From an uncultured beta proteobacterium (GTDB lineage Bacteria; Pseudomonadota; Gammaproteobacteria; Burkholderiales; Burkholderiaceae_E): a stretch of DNA of 64,000 nt. The position numbers and the translations under genes are program-made. Shown in pieces: positions 18,771 to 28,806 of this stretch. Every line of letters starts with the position of its first letter. Position 1 is the first letter of the stretch. The DNA lies in the NCBI GenBank assembly GCA_963834335.1, contig CAWIBK010000002.1, positions 1,661,525-1,725,524 on the forward strand, written 5' to 3'. The notes under the pieces are model-generated. The model worked only from the letters and a program-made list of their open reading frames with translations, had not been told where the DNA came from and ran no database searches.

Positions 18771-19551
18771 ATGGTCATGCAGATCGATTTACGCGGAGCC
18801 CGCGCGCTGATCACCGGTGGTGCAAGCGGCATCGGGCTCGCCTGCGCCCAGGCCTTCCAGTCGGCGGGCGCGAGCGTCACGATCGCCGATCGGTCCCCCG
18901 ACGGCGCCGGCACCGCCGCCACGATAGGCGTCGAGTTCGTGCCGCTCGACGTCGGCGACGAGGATGCCGTGGAGGCAGTTGCGAATGCGCTGCATGCTCA
19001 GGGCCGGGCGCCGACCGTGCTGGTGACCTGCGCCGGCGTCCTGCAGCGCACCTTGCCGCCGGGCGAACTCGAGCTGGAAGGAGTGGGACCGGGTCACGCG
19101 GATCCATCTGCGCGGCACCTATGCCTGCTGCCGCAGTTTCGGGACGAGAATGGCGACCGCGGGGCACGGATCGATCGTGACCATCTCGTCCGTCAGCGGC
19201 CTGCGGTCAGGCCCGCTTCACGCCTATGGCCCTGCAAAGGCTGCGGTCGCCCACCTGTCGACCTGTCTCGCGGCGGAGTGGGGCCGAAAGGGAGTGCGCG
19301 TGAACTCGGTTGCGCCAGGCTTCACCCGGACTCCCGCCCTCGATCGGGGTCTGGCCGACGGTACCCTCGATGAATCCGTGATGCGCGGTCAGACAGCGCT
19401 GGGACGAATGATCCGGGCCGACGAAATCGCGGCGGCCGTCGTGTTCCTCGCGTCACCGCTCGCCTCCGCCATTACCGGGACTGTGCTGCCAGTCGATGCC
19501 GGCTACATGGTTGCGTCGGATTGGGGGGTGTATGGCGGGATGCGGGAGTAG
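18771..19551 (+). CDS. SDR oxidoreductase split by a +1 frameshift near 19071 (probably a sequencing error)
   Basis: N-half ITGGASGIG (ORF 18771) joins C-half YGPAK, VRVNSVAPG (ORF 19150) if one base is removed at CTC-G-AGC-TGG. Confidence 0.85.
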
Positions 19552-19629
19552 CCGTCGGCACGGCGCTGAACTTCGGCAGCGGAACCCAGAAGACCGCGTC
19601 TGCGTCAAAGCAAGGCTGAAGTCTGCGGG

Positions 19630-20583
19630 TCACAAGTGATCGATGGAACGCAGCCTTACCCGCGCCGACTTCATGCCGCGCCCCCAACGCGGCAACCAGT
19701 CTGACAGGTGGGCGGCGAATCCATCGGCTGCCGGCGATAACTCGCGTGTCTGCGACCGGTAGAGGCAGACCTTTCGCACCACCTCAGGCTCGGTCACCCG
19801 CTTCATCACCAGACCGAATGGCCGGGCGAGCACACCGACATAGGCGGGGGCAAGCGTCGCGGCAACGCCCTGGGAGGCGATCCCTATCGCAGTGGAGATA
19901 TTGTCGACCACGTGCATCGGTGTAATGCGTGTACCTGCGGGTGCGTTCAGACGCATCAGCGACACGCTGCTTTCGTGATCATGGCCGGCTGCCACCAATG
20001 GATGGTCGCGCAGTTCGCTCCAGCGCACCGCGCGGCGGCGCGCGAGTGGGTGCTCGGGTGAGCACCAGAGCACCCAAGGACTGTCGAACAGCGGCTGCAT
20101 GTGAACGGAAGGCCCTGCCGTTCGATCCGGACCGATTGCGAGTTCGACGTCGCCACTGGCCACCGCATCGATCAAGCTGTCGACCGCGACATCGTGAATC
20201 CGCACCATCACTTTGGGTCGCTTGACCATGTAGTCGTGGATGACCGCCGGCAATGCGGTGCACGCCAGCACCAGCGGCGCACCGATCCGCACGACACCGG
20301 TGGCCCGGTTGCGCACATCATCGGCGGCGCTTTCGGCAAAGTTGACATGGCGCAGCACCGATTCGGCCGAAGCCAGGAAATCGCGGCCGGCTCGCGACAG
20401 CGTCACCCGGCGCGTAGTGCGATCGAACAGCCGGAACCCGAGCAGTCCCTCGAACTCGGCAATCAGTTGGCTGATTGCCTGTGCAGTCATGCCCAGGCGC
20501 TCGGCGCTGGCGCTGAAACTCAGCAACTGGGCGACGGTCACGAAGGCCTCGAACTGGCGCAGGGTATAGCGGATCAGGGGCAT
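19630..20583 (-). CDS. LysR-family transcriptional regulator
   Basis: TLRQFEAF...SFSASAERLGMTAQAISQLIAEFEGLLGFRLFDRTTRRVTLS; divergent from the ALDH operon. Confidence 0.93.
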   Translation of the reverse strand: MPLIRYTLRQFEAFVTVAQLLSFSASAERLGMTAQAISQLIAEFEGLLGFRLFDRTTRRVTLSRAGRDFLASAESVLRHVNFAESAADDVRNRATGVVRIGAPLVLACTALPAVIHDYMVKRPKVMVRIHDVAVDSLIDAVASGDVELAIGPDRTAGPSVHMQPLFDSPWVLWCSPEHPLARRRAVRWSELRDHPLVAAGHDHESSVSLMRLNAPAGTRITPMHVVDNISTAIGIASQGVAATLAPAYVGVLARPFGLVMKRVTEPEVVRKVCLYRSQTRELSPAADGFAAHLSDWLPRWGRGMKSARVRLRSIDHL

Positions 20584-20592
20584 GCCGTAAAT

Positions 20593-20629
20593 TATCAATC
20601 GTGGATTGCGAATTGACCAGTTTCAATTG
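20593..20629. promoter_or_regulatory. AT-rich dyads, putative LysR binding sites
   Basis: CAATC-GTG-GATTG (20596-20608) and AATTGA-N6-TCAATT (20611-20628) immediately upstream of the LysR start. Confidence 0.45.
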
Positions 20630-20758
20630 CTTGTCCGCAGGGTCGTCCTGGTGGAGACTCCAGTTGATGCTCAATGAGCCTGGACCAACGTGGCCTCGTC
20701 GGTCAGCACACTGGCGGGCACGTCCTCCTGTACCTATGAATCCCGGAAGGGTCCTGCC

Positions 20759-22228
20759 ATGAATTTCCTCGACGTCGCGGGCGTGGCCGTCTCGCCCGAT
20801 CACTATATCGGCGGTGCCCGCGTGGCATCGGCCGAGACCTTCAAGCTCTTCAGCCCGATCGACCAACGTATGCTCGGCCGCATCAGCGAAGGGACGGCCG
20901 AACACACAGATGCCGCGATAGTTGCGGCCCAGCAGGCTTTTCCGGCCTGGAGCGCAATGACTGCCGCCGAGCGCAGGCCTTTCCTCGACCGCTTTGCCGC
21001 CGAGATCGGCAAACGCGCCGAGGCTTTCTGCCTGCTCGAAAGCAACGACGCCGGCGTCCTGCTTTCGCGCATGCGCCACGGTGTGGTGCCACGCGCGATG
21101 CTCAACATCTCATGGTTCGCCGAACATTCGTTGCAGCTGCAGGACCATGCTATCGACACCGGGCAGGCGCACCACATCGTGCGCCACGACCCGGCCGGAG
21201 TGGTCGTCATCATCACGCCGTGGAATGCGCCGCTGATGTTGTCGACCTGGAAACTGGGGCCGGCGCTGGCAGCGGGCAATACCTGCATCCTGAAGCCGCC
21301 CGAGTGGGCTCCGCTGACCTGTTCGTTGCTCGCGGATGCGTCCGACGCCGCCGGACTGCCGCCTGGCGTCTTCAACGTCGTTCAGGGCACCGGTGCCAGT
21401 ACCGGCGCCAGGCTGGTCGGCGATCCGCGCATCGCCCGTATCTCGTTCACCGGCTCGGTGCCGACCGCGAGAATCATCGCCCAAGCCGCCGGCGCCAATC
21501 TCGTGCCGTGCAGCCTTGAACTTGGCGGCAAGAGCCCCTTCATCGTGCTCGAAGACGCCGCTATCGATGCAGCCGCAGCGACCGGCGCGTTGATGTACCG
21601 CAATGCGGGCCAAGTCTGTCTGGCGGGTACCCGCTTCCTGGTGCATGAGCGCATCGCCGACGCCTTCATCGCTGCAATGCGCGCCCAGGTTGAGCGACTC
21701 AAGGTGGGCGACCCGCGCGAAGAGGCTACCGAGGTCGGACCGGTCATCCATCCGCGCCAGGTCGAGCGGGTGGCCGGCTTCGTCGAGCGCGCCGTGGCTG
21801 GCGGCGCCGAGTTGCTGTGGGGCGGCGACAAACATCCGTTCGGCGCCCAGTATTACCAGCCGACAATGCTGACGAAGCTGAAACAGGACGACGAGATTGT
21901 GCAGAACGAGGTTTTCGGCCCGGTGCTGACGCTTCAGACCTTTGCATCCGACGATGAGGTCATCGAGATGGCCAACGGCACCGATTATGGTCTGGGCGGC
22001 GTGTGCTACGGCGAGTTGGCACATGCCACCGCCATCGCAGAACGTGTGCGCACCGGCTTCATCTGGATCAACAGTTTCGGCATCCGCGATCTGGCTGCGC
22101 CCTTCGGCGGCATAAAGCGCAGCGGTATCGGCCGTGAGGGGGGCAACTGGAGCTTCGAGTTCTTCTGCGACATCAAGGACATCGTAGTGCCGAAGAAGCC
22201 TTTCCATGCCAGCTTCAGCCAGCGTTGA
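20759..22228 (+). CDS. Aldehyde dehydrogenase, HpaE-like (hydroxymuconic semialdehyde type)
   Basis: ITPWNAP, FTGS, LELGGKSP, AGQVCLAGTR, EVFGPV, GIGREGG; context next to an extradiol dioxygenase. Confidence 0.88.
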   Translation: MNFLDVAGVAVSPDHYIGGARVASAETFKLFSPIDQRMLGRISEGTAEHTDAAIVAAQQAFPAWSAMTAAERRPFLDRFAAEIGKRAEAFCLLESNDAGVLLSRMRHGVVPRAMLNISWFAEHSLQLQDHAIDTGQAHHIVRHDPAGVVVIITPWNAPLMLSTWKLGPALAAGNTCILKPPEWAPLTCSLLADASDAAGLPPGVFNVVQGTGASTGARLVGDPRIARISFTGSVPTARIIAQAAGANLVPCSLELGGKSPFIVLEDAAIDAAAATGALMYRNAGQVCLAGTRFLVHERIADAFIAAMRAQVERLKVGDPREEATEVGPVIHPRQVERVAGFVERAVAGGAELLWGGDKHPFGAQYYQPTMLTKLKQDDEIVQNEVFGPVLTLQTFASDDEVIEMANGTDYGLGGVCYGELAHATAIAERVRTGFIWINSFGIRDLAAPFGGIKRSGIGREGGNWSFEFFCDIKDIVVPKKPFHASFSQR

Positions 22229-22260
22229 GCGCTTGTTCTGAATTCCCCAAGGAGACATCG

Positions 22261-23841
22261 ATGAGCAGTCGGATCACGCGGCGGCAGGTAATGATGGGTG
22301 GCGCCGGCGCAGCGCTGGTTGGCTTGGGCGGCTGCGCCCTGACAGGCGTCAGCACCGCAAGGCCCATCCGAGGCCTGGACGGCGCCACGCCGATTGCGAC
22401 GGTGGCTCAGGGTGAGTTGCAGGGCACGCGCAATGGCAGCGTGCTGTCGTTCAAGCGCGTGCCGTACGCGGCCGACCCCTTCCTTGCCAGCAACCGTTTC
22501 AAGGCACCGCAGCCGGTGGCAACGTGGTCGGGCGTGCGCGATGCCAGTGTGTACGGCCCGATGCCGCCACAACCGTCCCGTGCGCCGGGTGGCGGCCTCG
22601 CGGGTGCGGCCGACGACCTGACGCTGAACATCTGGGCTCCGACAGATGCGCGCAAGGCGCCGGTGCTTGTCTGGCTGCCGGGTGGCGCCTACTACCGCGT
22701 GGATGCAGCCGAAACCTGGTACGACGGCAGCAGCTTTGCACGTCAGGGCATCGTCGTGGTCACGGTCAACTATCGTGTCGGCATCGACGGCTTCATGGCG
22801 GTTGACGGCATGCCTGCCAATCGGGGCCTGCTCGATTCTGTGTCGGCGCTGGAGTGGATCCAGCGCAACATCGCCGCTTTCGGGGGCGATGCGGGCAATG
22901 TCACACTGGCAGGCCAGTCGGCCGGTGCCCAGAGCGTGATGCTGCTGATGGGCATGCCGACGGCGCAGGGGCTGTTTCACAAGGCGATTGCCCAAAGCCC
23001 GCCGCAGAATCACTTGACGACCGCGCAGGCACAACGCATCGCCAGCGCGACCGCCGACATTCTGAAGGTCGCACCAACGCCGCAGGCCCTGGCCGCCGTG
23101 CCCTTGCCAGCCTTGATTGCGGGTGTCGAGGCCATGGTCACGGACCTTCGTGACCGCGCCAAGTGGGGGCCGATCGGTGGTCAGCCACCCTACCTGCCGG
23201 TGATAGACGGCTCCGTACTCACCGCACCGCCGCTGGCAGCACTGCAGCGTAACGCCGCGCCCGGACTGCCCTTGCTGATCGGCTGTACCGACGAGGAGGC
23301 GCGCCTGTACCTGGTGCCGGGCGGCACGATCGACCGCATACCTGCTCCGGCCGTGGCGGGCGCACTTCGCGGCGCGAAGCTGCCAGCCAGCGCCGCAGCC
23401 GTCTATGCGCAAGCGCGCCCCGACGCGTCGCCAGGCGACATGCTGGCCTCGTTCGATTCGGACCAGACCTTCCGCATGCCCACGCTGCGCTACGCTGAGC
23501 AACACGTCGGGGCCGGTGCCTCGGTGTGGTTCTACAACTTCTCGTGGGCGTCGCCCGCTTTCGGCGGCCGGCTGGGCGCAGGGCATGTGGTGGACGTGCC
23601 ATTTGCTTTCAATACCCTGGGCAGCCGGCAGGCGGCACCGTTCCTGGGCGGGCCTGGCTTTCAACCATTGGCAGACGATATGCACGGACGCTGGGCACGC
23701 TTCGTCAAGACCGGCGATGCCGGCTGGCCGCGCTACGACCTGGCGAGCCGACCCACGATGCGCTTCGACACGACGTCTGCCGTGGTTGCGGACCCCCTGG
23801 CCGAACGGCGCCTGCTCTGGGCCGGCATCAGCTTCGAATGA
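22261..23841 (+). CDS. Type-B carboxylesterase with Tat signal and lipobox
   Basis: TRRQVM...LGGC leader; NYRVG, FGGDAGNVTLAGQSAG nucleophile elbow, GAGH; RBS AAGGAG. Confidence 0.92.
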   Translation: MSSRITRRQVMMGGAGAALVGLGGCALTGVSTARPIRGLDGATPIATVAQGELQGTRNGSVLSFKRVPYAADPFLASNRFKAPQPVATWSGVRDASVYGPMPPQPSRAPGGGLAGAADDLTLNIWAPTDARKAPVLVWLPGGAYYRVDAAETWYDGSSFARQGIVVVTVNYRVGIDGFMAVDGMPANRGLLDSVSALEWIQRNIAAFGGDAGNVTLAGQSAGAQSVMLLMGMPTAQGLFHKAIAQSPPQNHLTTAQAQRIASATADILKVAPTPQALAAVPLPALIAGVEAMVTDLRDRAKWGPIGGQPPYLPVIDGSVLTAPPLAALQRNAAPGLPLLIGCTDEEARLYLVPGGTIDRIPAPAVAGALRGAKLPASAAAVYAQARPDASPGDMLASFDSDQTFRMPTLRYAEQHVGAGASVWFYNFSWASPAFGGRLGAGHVVDVPFAFNTLGSRQAAPFLGGPGFQPLADDMHGRWARFVKTGDAGWPRYDLASRPTMRFDTTSAVVADPLAERRLLWAGISFE

Positions 23842-23867
23842 GCCAGTCAAATCGATCGGGAGAATCC

Positions 23868-24737
23868 ATGGTTGGAGAAGTTGTCGGTGCGGCCATGGTG
23901 TCGCACCATCCAGGCCTGATGCAGTGCGAGGAGTTCCGGGTACTGCAAGGAGCCGGATCCGACTCGGACCTGATTCCGGGTTATGCCCGGCTGCGCGATA
24001 AGATCGTCGCGGCCAGACCCGACGTCGTGATGATCTTCGATACCCATTGGTTCACCACCGGCTACCACCTGATTGACGGCGGAGAACGCTACAGCGGCAG
24101 CTACATCTCGGATGAGATGCCCTGGTATCTGCACGGCGTGCCCTATGACTACCGGGGTCTGCCGAGCCTGGCGTTGGAGATCGAGACCGTGTCGCGCGAG
24201 ATGGGCGGCTACAACCGCGCCGTCTGTCACCCCGGCCTCGGGCGGCATTACGCCACCATCAACTTGGTCAAGCAACTGCGCCTGGAGCACAGCGACACGC
24301 CGGTGGTCACTGTCAGCTCATGCCAGAACTGCGACTGGCCGGCCTACCTCAAGTCGGGTGAGGCGATTGCCGAAGCCATTCGCCGCAGCGGTCTGCGGGT
24401 TGTCTTGATGGCCTCTGGCGCGCTCAGCCACAAGTTCAATAATATCGATTGGAAGCCGAACAATCCTCGAATCTTCCACGAGAGCAATGTTTCCCGGCCC
24501 GAGAATATTGAAAGTGACAAGGGGGCGATCGAGCTGTTCAAGCAAGGCCGGCACGACAGTGTGCTCGAGCGCTGGGACGACGAGTACCGCAAGCTGCCCT
24601 GGGAAGCCTGGGGTGCGCACTATCTGCAGATGGTCGGCGTGATGGGTGGGGCGACGTGCCGTGCCAAGGGTGAGCCGCTGTCGGCATACGAGAACGCTCG
24701 CGGAACGGGAAACATCCACATCTGGTTCGACACCTGA
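23868..24737 (+). CDS. Extradiol ring-cleavage dioxygenase, LigB superfamily (HpaD-like)
   Basis: SHHPG, IFDTHW and SGALSHKF match the homoprotocatechuate 2,3-dioxygenase pattern; RBS GGAGA before ATG 23868. Confidence 0.82.
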   Translation: MVGEVVGAAMVSHHPGLMQCEEFRVLQGAGSDSDLIPGYARLRDKIVAARPDVVMIFDTHWFTTGYHLIDGGERYSGSYISDEMPWYLHGVPYDYRGLPSLALEIETVSREMGGYNRAVCHPGLGRHYATINLVKQLRLEHSDTPVVTVSSCQNCDWPAYLKSGEAIAEAIRRSGLRVVLMASGALSHKFNNIDWKPNNPRIFHESNVSRPENIESDKGAIELFKQGRHDSVLERWDDEYRKLPWEAWGAHYLQMVGVMGGATCRAKGEPLSAYENARGTGNIHIWFDT

Positions 24738-24763
24738 CTGTTGCCGGAGCGCCCGGCGGAGGC

Positions 24764-25707
24764 ATGAAGTTCGAATTTCCATTCAATGAATTGCCCGCGG
24801 TGTTGCGCGGACCTCGCGTCGAGCGTCGCCGTATTCTCGTGGGTGGCAGCGCGTTCTGGGGCACCATTGTTGAAAGCGGAGCAGATGCAGGCATGCTGCG
24901 GCTCGACGACGGCCGCGTGCTTGCTGCCGATGGTGTGGCCTGCCTGCCACCGGTATTACCTTCCAAGATCATTGCTGTGCACATCTCCTACAGTTCGCGC
25001 AGCATGGAGACGCGAGGAAAGTCCAAACCGACCGAGACACCGACCTATTTCACCAAGCCGCCCACGTCGCTCAACGGCCACCGCGGGCAGATTCTGAAGC
25101 CGGCCGACTGCAAGTACCTCAATTACGAAGGCGAATATGCGGTCGTCATCGGCCGCACCTGTCGCAACGTCACGCCCGACGAGGCCTGGGACTACATCGA
25201 AGGATTCTGCCCGGCACTCGACATGGGACTGCAGGACTTCCGCGATACCGACCAGGGCTCAATGCTGCGCGTCAAGGGTGCAGATACTCTGTTGCCGATC
25301 GGTCCGGGCATCGTTCGCGGCGTCAACCTGTTCGAACAGATGCTGCGCACTTACGTCAATGGCCGGGTGGTGCAGGAAGCAGATATCGGCGAAGAAACGA
25401 TCTGGGGCCCGCACTACGTGATCGCCGACATTGCGCGTCATATCACCCTGCTGCAGGGCGACGTGATCCTGATGGGCACGCCATGCCATTCCCGTTCGAT
25501 CGACCCGGGACATCTCGTCGAGTGCGAAATCACCGGCATTGGCCGGATCAGCGGCACCGTGGTTGCCGTAGCTGCCCCCGCGCCGCCGCGTTGGGCGTCG
25601 GTCACACGCCGACCGACAGCCCGGAAGTACGCCGTGTGTCGCTGGGCTTCGACGAGCGCGTGCCCGACCGCTTCAAGGAGAACCTGCGCCTGTCACGCCG
25701 GGACTGA
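24764..25707 (+). CDS. Fumarylacetoacetate-hydrolase family protein (HpaG-like); -1 frameshift in the C-run at 25575-25579
   Basis: PTYFTKP, YEGE, KGADT, GDVILMGTP; the native C-terminus appears to continue in the ORF ending at 25707. Confidence 0.85.
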
Positions 25708-26203
25708 GTGGCCGGAGCGGCCGGTCTGCGGTGCCCTGCGCTTTCGCGAGCTTGTCAAGGAGCTCGATCAGCATCGCATGTTCCGCGCGGCTGAAGTGAA
25801 CTTTGAGCTGGCGCTCCATCAGTTCCGCTGCTGTCATGGCGTCACGAACAATCCTGGCTCCCTTGGATCCGATAACCACCTGCTGCGAACGGCCATCGGC
25901 CGGGTTGCGCTCGCGGCTGATCAGCCCGCGCTGCTGAAGGCGGTCGAGCAACAGCGTGAGGGTCGGAGAGGTCACCGCAAGTGCCCGGGCCAGCCGCTTC
26001 GGCGCGATGGCCTCGTTGGCCATCACGATCATCAACAGGGAGAACTCGACTTTCTTCAACTGGAAGGGCTTGCCGACGAATTGCTCAAAGGCCTGATTGG
26101 TCGTGATGGCGGCTCGTGCGAGATGAAATCCGACGATGTCGGCCAGCGGGCCGAATTCCAGTGCCGTCGCTCGCGGCGGCCGTTCTACTGCATCTGCGCT
26201 CAC
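25673..26203 (-). CDS. MarR-family transcriptional regulator (CouR/FerC-like context)
   Basis: LLDRLQQRGLISRERNPADGRS wing motif; GTG 26203 with GAGGA RBS. Confidence 0.88.
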   Translation of the reverse strand: MSADAVERPPRATALEFGPLADIVGFHLARAAITTNQAFEQFVGKPFQLKKVEFSLLMIVMANEAIAPKRLARALAVTSPTLTLLLDRLQQRGLISRERNPADGRSQQVVIGSKGARIVRDAMTAAELMERQLKVHFSRAEHAMLIELLDKLAKAQGTADRPLRPLSPGVTGAGSP

Positions 26204-26240
26204 TGGTGTCCTCTGGTCAGGGGGTATATGCGGTCTGCGC

Positions 26241-26972
26241 CTACTGCTTTCTGGCAGCACCGAGATAGGTTTCGATCACGCGCGGATCGGACGCCAGCTG
26301 ATCGGCCGTTCCTTCCAGGGCGATGCTCCCGGTCTCGAGGACGTAAGCGTAGCTTGCCACCTCGAGCGCCGCGCGAGCGTTCTGCTCGACCAGCAGAATC
26401 GATGTACCTTGATCGCGCAGGCGACCGATGATCTGGAAGATCTCACGCACGACCAGCGGCGCAAGACCAAGGCTCGGTTCGTCGAGCATCAGCAGCTTGG
26501 GCTGGGACATCAGCGCCCGGCCCAAGGCAAGCATCTGACGCTCACCGCCCGACAGGGTTCCAGCCAGTTGAGTACGGCGCTCCTTCAAACGAGGGAACAA
26601 TTCAAAGACCCGTTCAAGCTCGCTGCGCCAGTTCGGTACCTTGAGCTTCATCGGCCGGAAGCCGCCGAGCACGAGATTGTCCCCGACCGACATGGTGCTG
26701 AACAGTTCACGGTTCTCGGGCACCAGGGCCAGACCAGCCATCACGCGGTCTTCAAGCCTGGAGTCGGCAAGGTCCTGCCCGTTGAAAATCACCGCGCCAC
26801 GGGAAGGCAGCATGCCCATCAGCGCCTTGAGCAGGGTCGACTTGCCCGCGCCGTTCGGCCCGATCACGGTCACCACCTGGCCTTTGTCAAGATGCAGACT
26901 CAGTCCCGATACTACCTCGGCACGGCCGTATCCGGCATGCAGTTCGCCTACGCGAAGCAATGCCTTCGTCAT
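26241..26972 (-). CDS. Liv-type ABC ATPase (LivF-like)
   Basis: [26 protein letters not shown]. Confidence 0.95.
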   Translation of the reverse strand: MTKALLRVGELHAGYGRAEVVSGLSLHLDKGQVVTVIGPNGAGKSTLLKALMGMLPSRGAVIFNGQDLADSRLEDRVMAGLALVPENRELFSTMSVGDNLVLGGFRPMKLKVPNWRSELERVFELFPRLKERRTQLAGTLSGGERQMLALGRALMSQPKLLMLDEPSLGLAPLVVREIFQIIGRLRDQGTSILLVEQNARAALEVASYAYVLETGSIALEGTADQLASDPRVIETYLGAARKQ

Positions 26973-27035
26973 ATCGGCGGTCCACGATCGGACTTTGCCG
27001 GCCCGATCGGCATGGCGCTCCGGGAACCGTTCATT

Positions 27036-28805
27036 TCAGTGCTCCGTCCCGAGGTAGGCGGCACGCACCGCGGGTGAGGCCTGCACTTCGGCCGGCGTGC
27101 CCTCCATGAGCCTGGTGCCGAACTCCATCACGACGATTCGATCCGTCAGGCCCATCACGAACTCCATGTCGTGCTCCACCAGCAGGATCGTCATATCCTC
27201 AGACTTGAGTTGACGCAGCACGTCGCCCAGCGCCTGCTTCTCCTTGTGACGCAAACCTGCCGCGGGCTCGTCCAGCAGCAGCAGGGCGGGGTCGGTGCAC
27301 AGCGCTCGGGCAATCTCCATCAGACGTTGCGGGCCGAGGGCGAGGTTACCCCCCAGCTCATGCATCTGCTGCGCCATGCCGATGCGCTGAAGTTGCGCCT
27401 CGGCCTCTGCGAACAGGCGCCTTTCTTCAACGCGGTCGAGTCCCAGCATCGCCTGGAGGCTGTTCGCCTTGCTGCGAAGATAGCCACCCAGTGCGACATT
27501 TTCCAGCACAGTCATCTCCGGAATCATCTTCACATGCTGGAAGGTACGCGACATGCCGCGACGCGCGATCTGTCGCGAAGCCAGGCCCGTAACCGGTGCA
27601 CCCCGAAACTCAACCGAGCCTCTGGTGAGCCCCAGCACGCCGGTGATGAGATTGAAGGTGGTGGACTTGCCTGCACCGTTGGGGCCGATCAGGCCGACAA
27701 TGTCACCGGCGCGAATCTGGAAGCTCACGTCGTTGACGGCCACCAGACCCCCGAATTCCTTGCGCACGGCGTTCACGTCGAGCAGCAACTCGCCACGCAC
27801 GGGCTTGTCTCGTACCGGCAATGGTTTCGAACCTTTCCAGTCGTTTTCTCGTTGAGGCGCCGGCAGCCATCTGCCCACGATGGTCCATAGTCCATCCGGG
27901 GCGTACTTCAGCACCACAACCAGAACGATTCCGAAAATGACGGTTTCGAAGTTGCCGCTGGTGCCGAGCAATTGGGGCAATAGCACCTGTAATTGATCTT
28001 CTATCACCCGCACGACGGCCGAACCGAGGAAGGCGCCCCAGACATGGCCGATACCCCCTAGCACTGCCATGAACAGGTATTCGATGCCTTTGGTGATCGA
28101 GAAGGGCGACGGATTCACCGAGCGCTGAAAATGCGCGAACAACCATCCCGAGACGGACGCCAGCACGGCTGCGATGACAAACGCCGTCAATTTGTAATGG
28201 AAGGTCGAGATGCCCATCGCTTCGGCCATCGTCGAGCCGTTCTTGAGTGACCGGATCGCTCGCCCTGGACGCGAGTCGAGCAGCCGCGAAACCGCCAGCG
28301 CGGCCAGCAGAGCCAAGGCCCAGATCAATGGATGCAGGCTGCGGCCGCTCCCCAGATCGAATCCGAAGGCTTCGAGCGAGGGGACGCCGAGCAGCCCGTC
28401 GTATTTTCCCAGCCCCGGCGTATTGCTCATCGAGTAAAACAGCACCAGACCCCAGGCAATGGTGGCAAGCGGCAGATAGTGGCCGGACATCCGCAGCGTG
28501 ATCGCGCCGATCACGACCGCAGCGACGACAGCCAGCGCGACGCCGACGAACAGCGTCAACCACGGCGAGATGCCCATCCTGGTGGAGAGGAAGGCGGTCG
28601 TGTAGGCGCCGATACCGACAAATGCGGCTTGGCCGAAACTCGTGAGCCCGCCCACACCCGTCAGCAGCACCAGCCCGAGCGCGACCATCGAGTACATGCC
28701 GATGTAGTTGCTCTGCGTGATCCAGAAGTCGGGCACTGGCAGCACCGGCAGGACGAGCATGAAGAGGCTGAAGGCGGGAAACACCCCGCGGCGCAGCGTG
28801 ATCAT
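27036..28805 (-). CDS. Fused Liv-type ABC permease-ATPase (LivM-LivG)
   Basis: N-terminal TM domain ([10 protein letters not shown]) followed by [20 protein letters not shown]. Confidence 0.93.
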   Translation of the reverse strand: MITLRRGVFPAFSLFMLVLPVLPVPDFWITQSNYIGMYSMVALGLVLLTGVGGLTSFGQAAFVGIGAYTTAFLSTRMGISPWLTLFVGVALAVVAAVVIGAITLRMSGHYLPLATIAWGLVLFYSMSNTPGLGKYDGLLGVPSLEAFGFDLGSGRSLHPLIWALALLAALAVSRLLDSRPGRAIRSLKNGSTMAEAMGISTFHYKLTAFVIAAVLASVSGWLFAHFQRSVNPSPFSITKGIEYLFMAVLGGIGHVWGAFLGSAVVRVIEDQLQVLLPQLLGTSGNFETVIFGIVLVVVLKYAPDGLWTIVGRWLPAPQRENDWKGSKPLPVRDKPVRGELLLDVNAVRKEFGGLVAVNDVSFQIRAGDIVGLIGPNGAGKSTTFNLITGVLGLTRGSVEFRGAPVTGLASRQIARRGMSRTFQHVKMIPEMTVLENVALGGYLRSKANSLQAMLGLDRVEERRLFAEAEAQLQRIGMAQQMHELGGNLALGPQRLMEIARALCTDPALLLLDEPAAGLRHKEKQALGDVLRQLKSEDMTILLVEHDMEFVMGLTDRIVVMEFGTRLMEGTPAEVQASPAVRAAYLGTEH

Positions 28806-28806
28806 C

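Noticed and set aside
24764-26431. 555-aa FAH ORF suggesting a novel C-terminal domain
   Set aside because: The extension results from a one-base loss in a C-run at 25575-25579 and runs antisense through the MarR gene
27036-28805. LivM-LivG fusion as a novelty
   Set aside because: Permease-ATPase fusions are common in proteobacterial aromatic-acid Liv-type transporters
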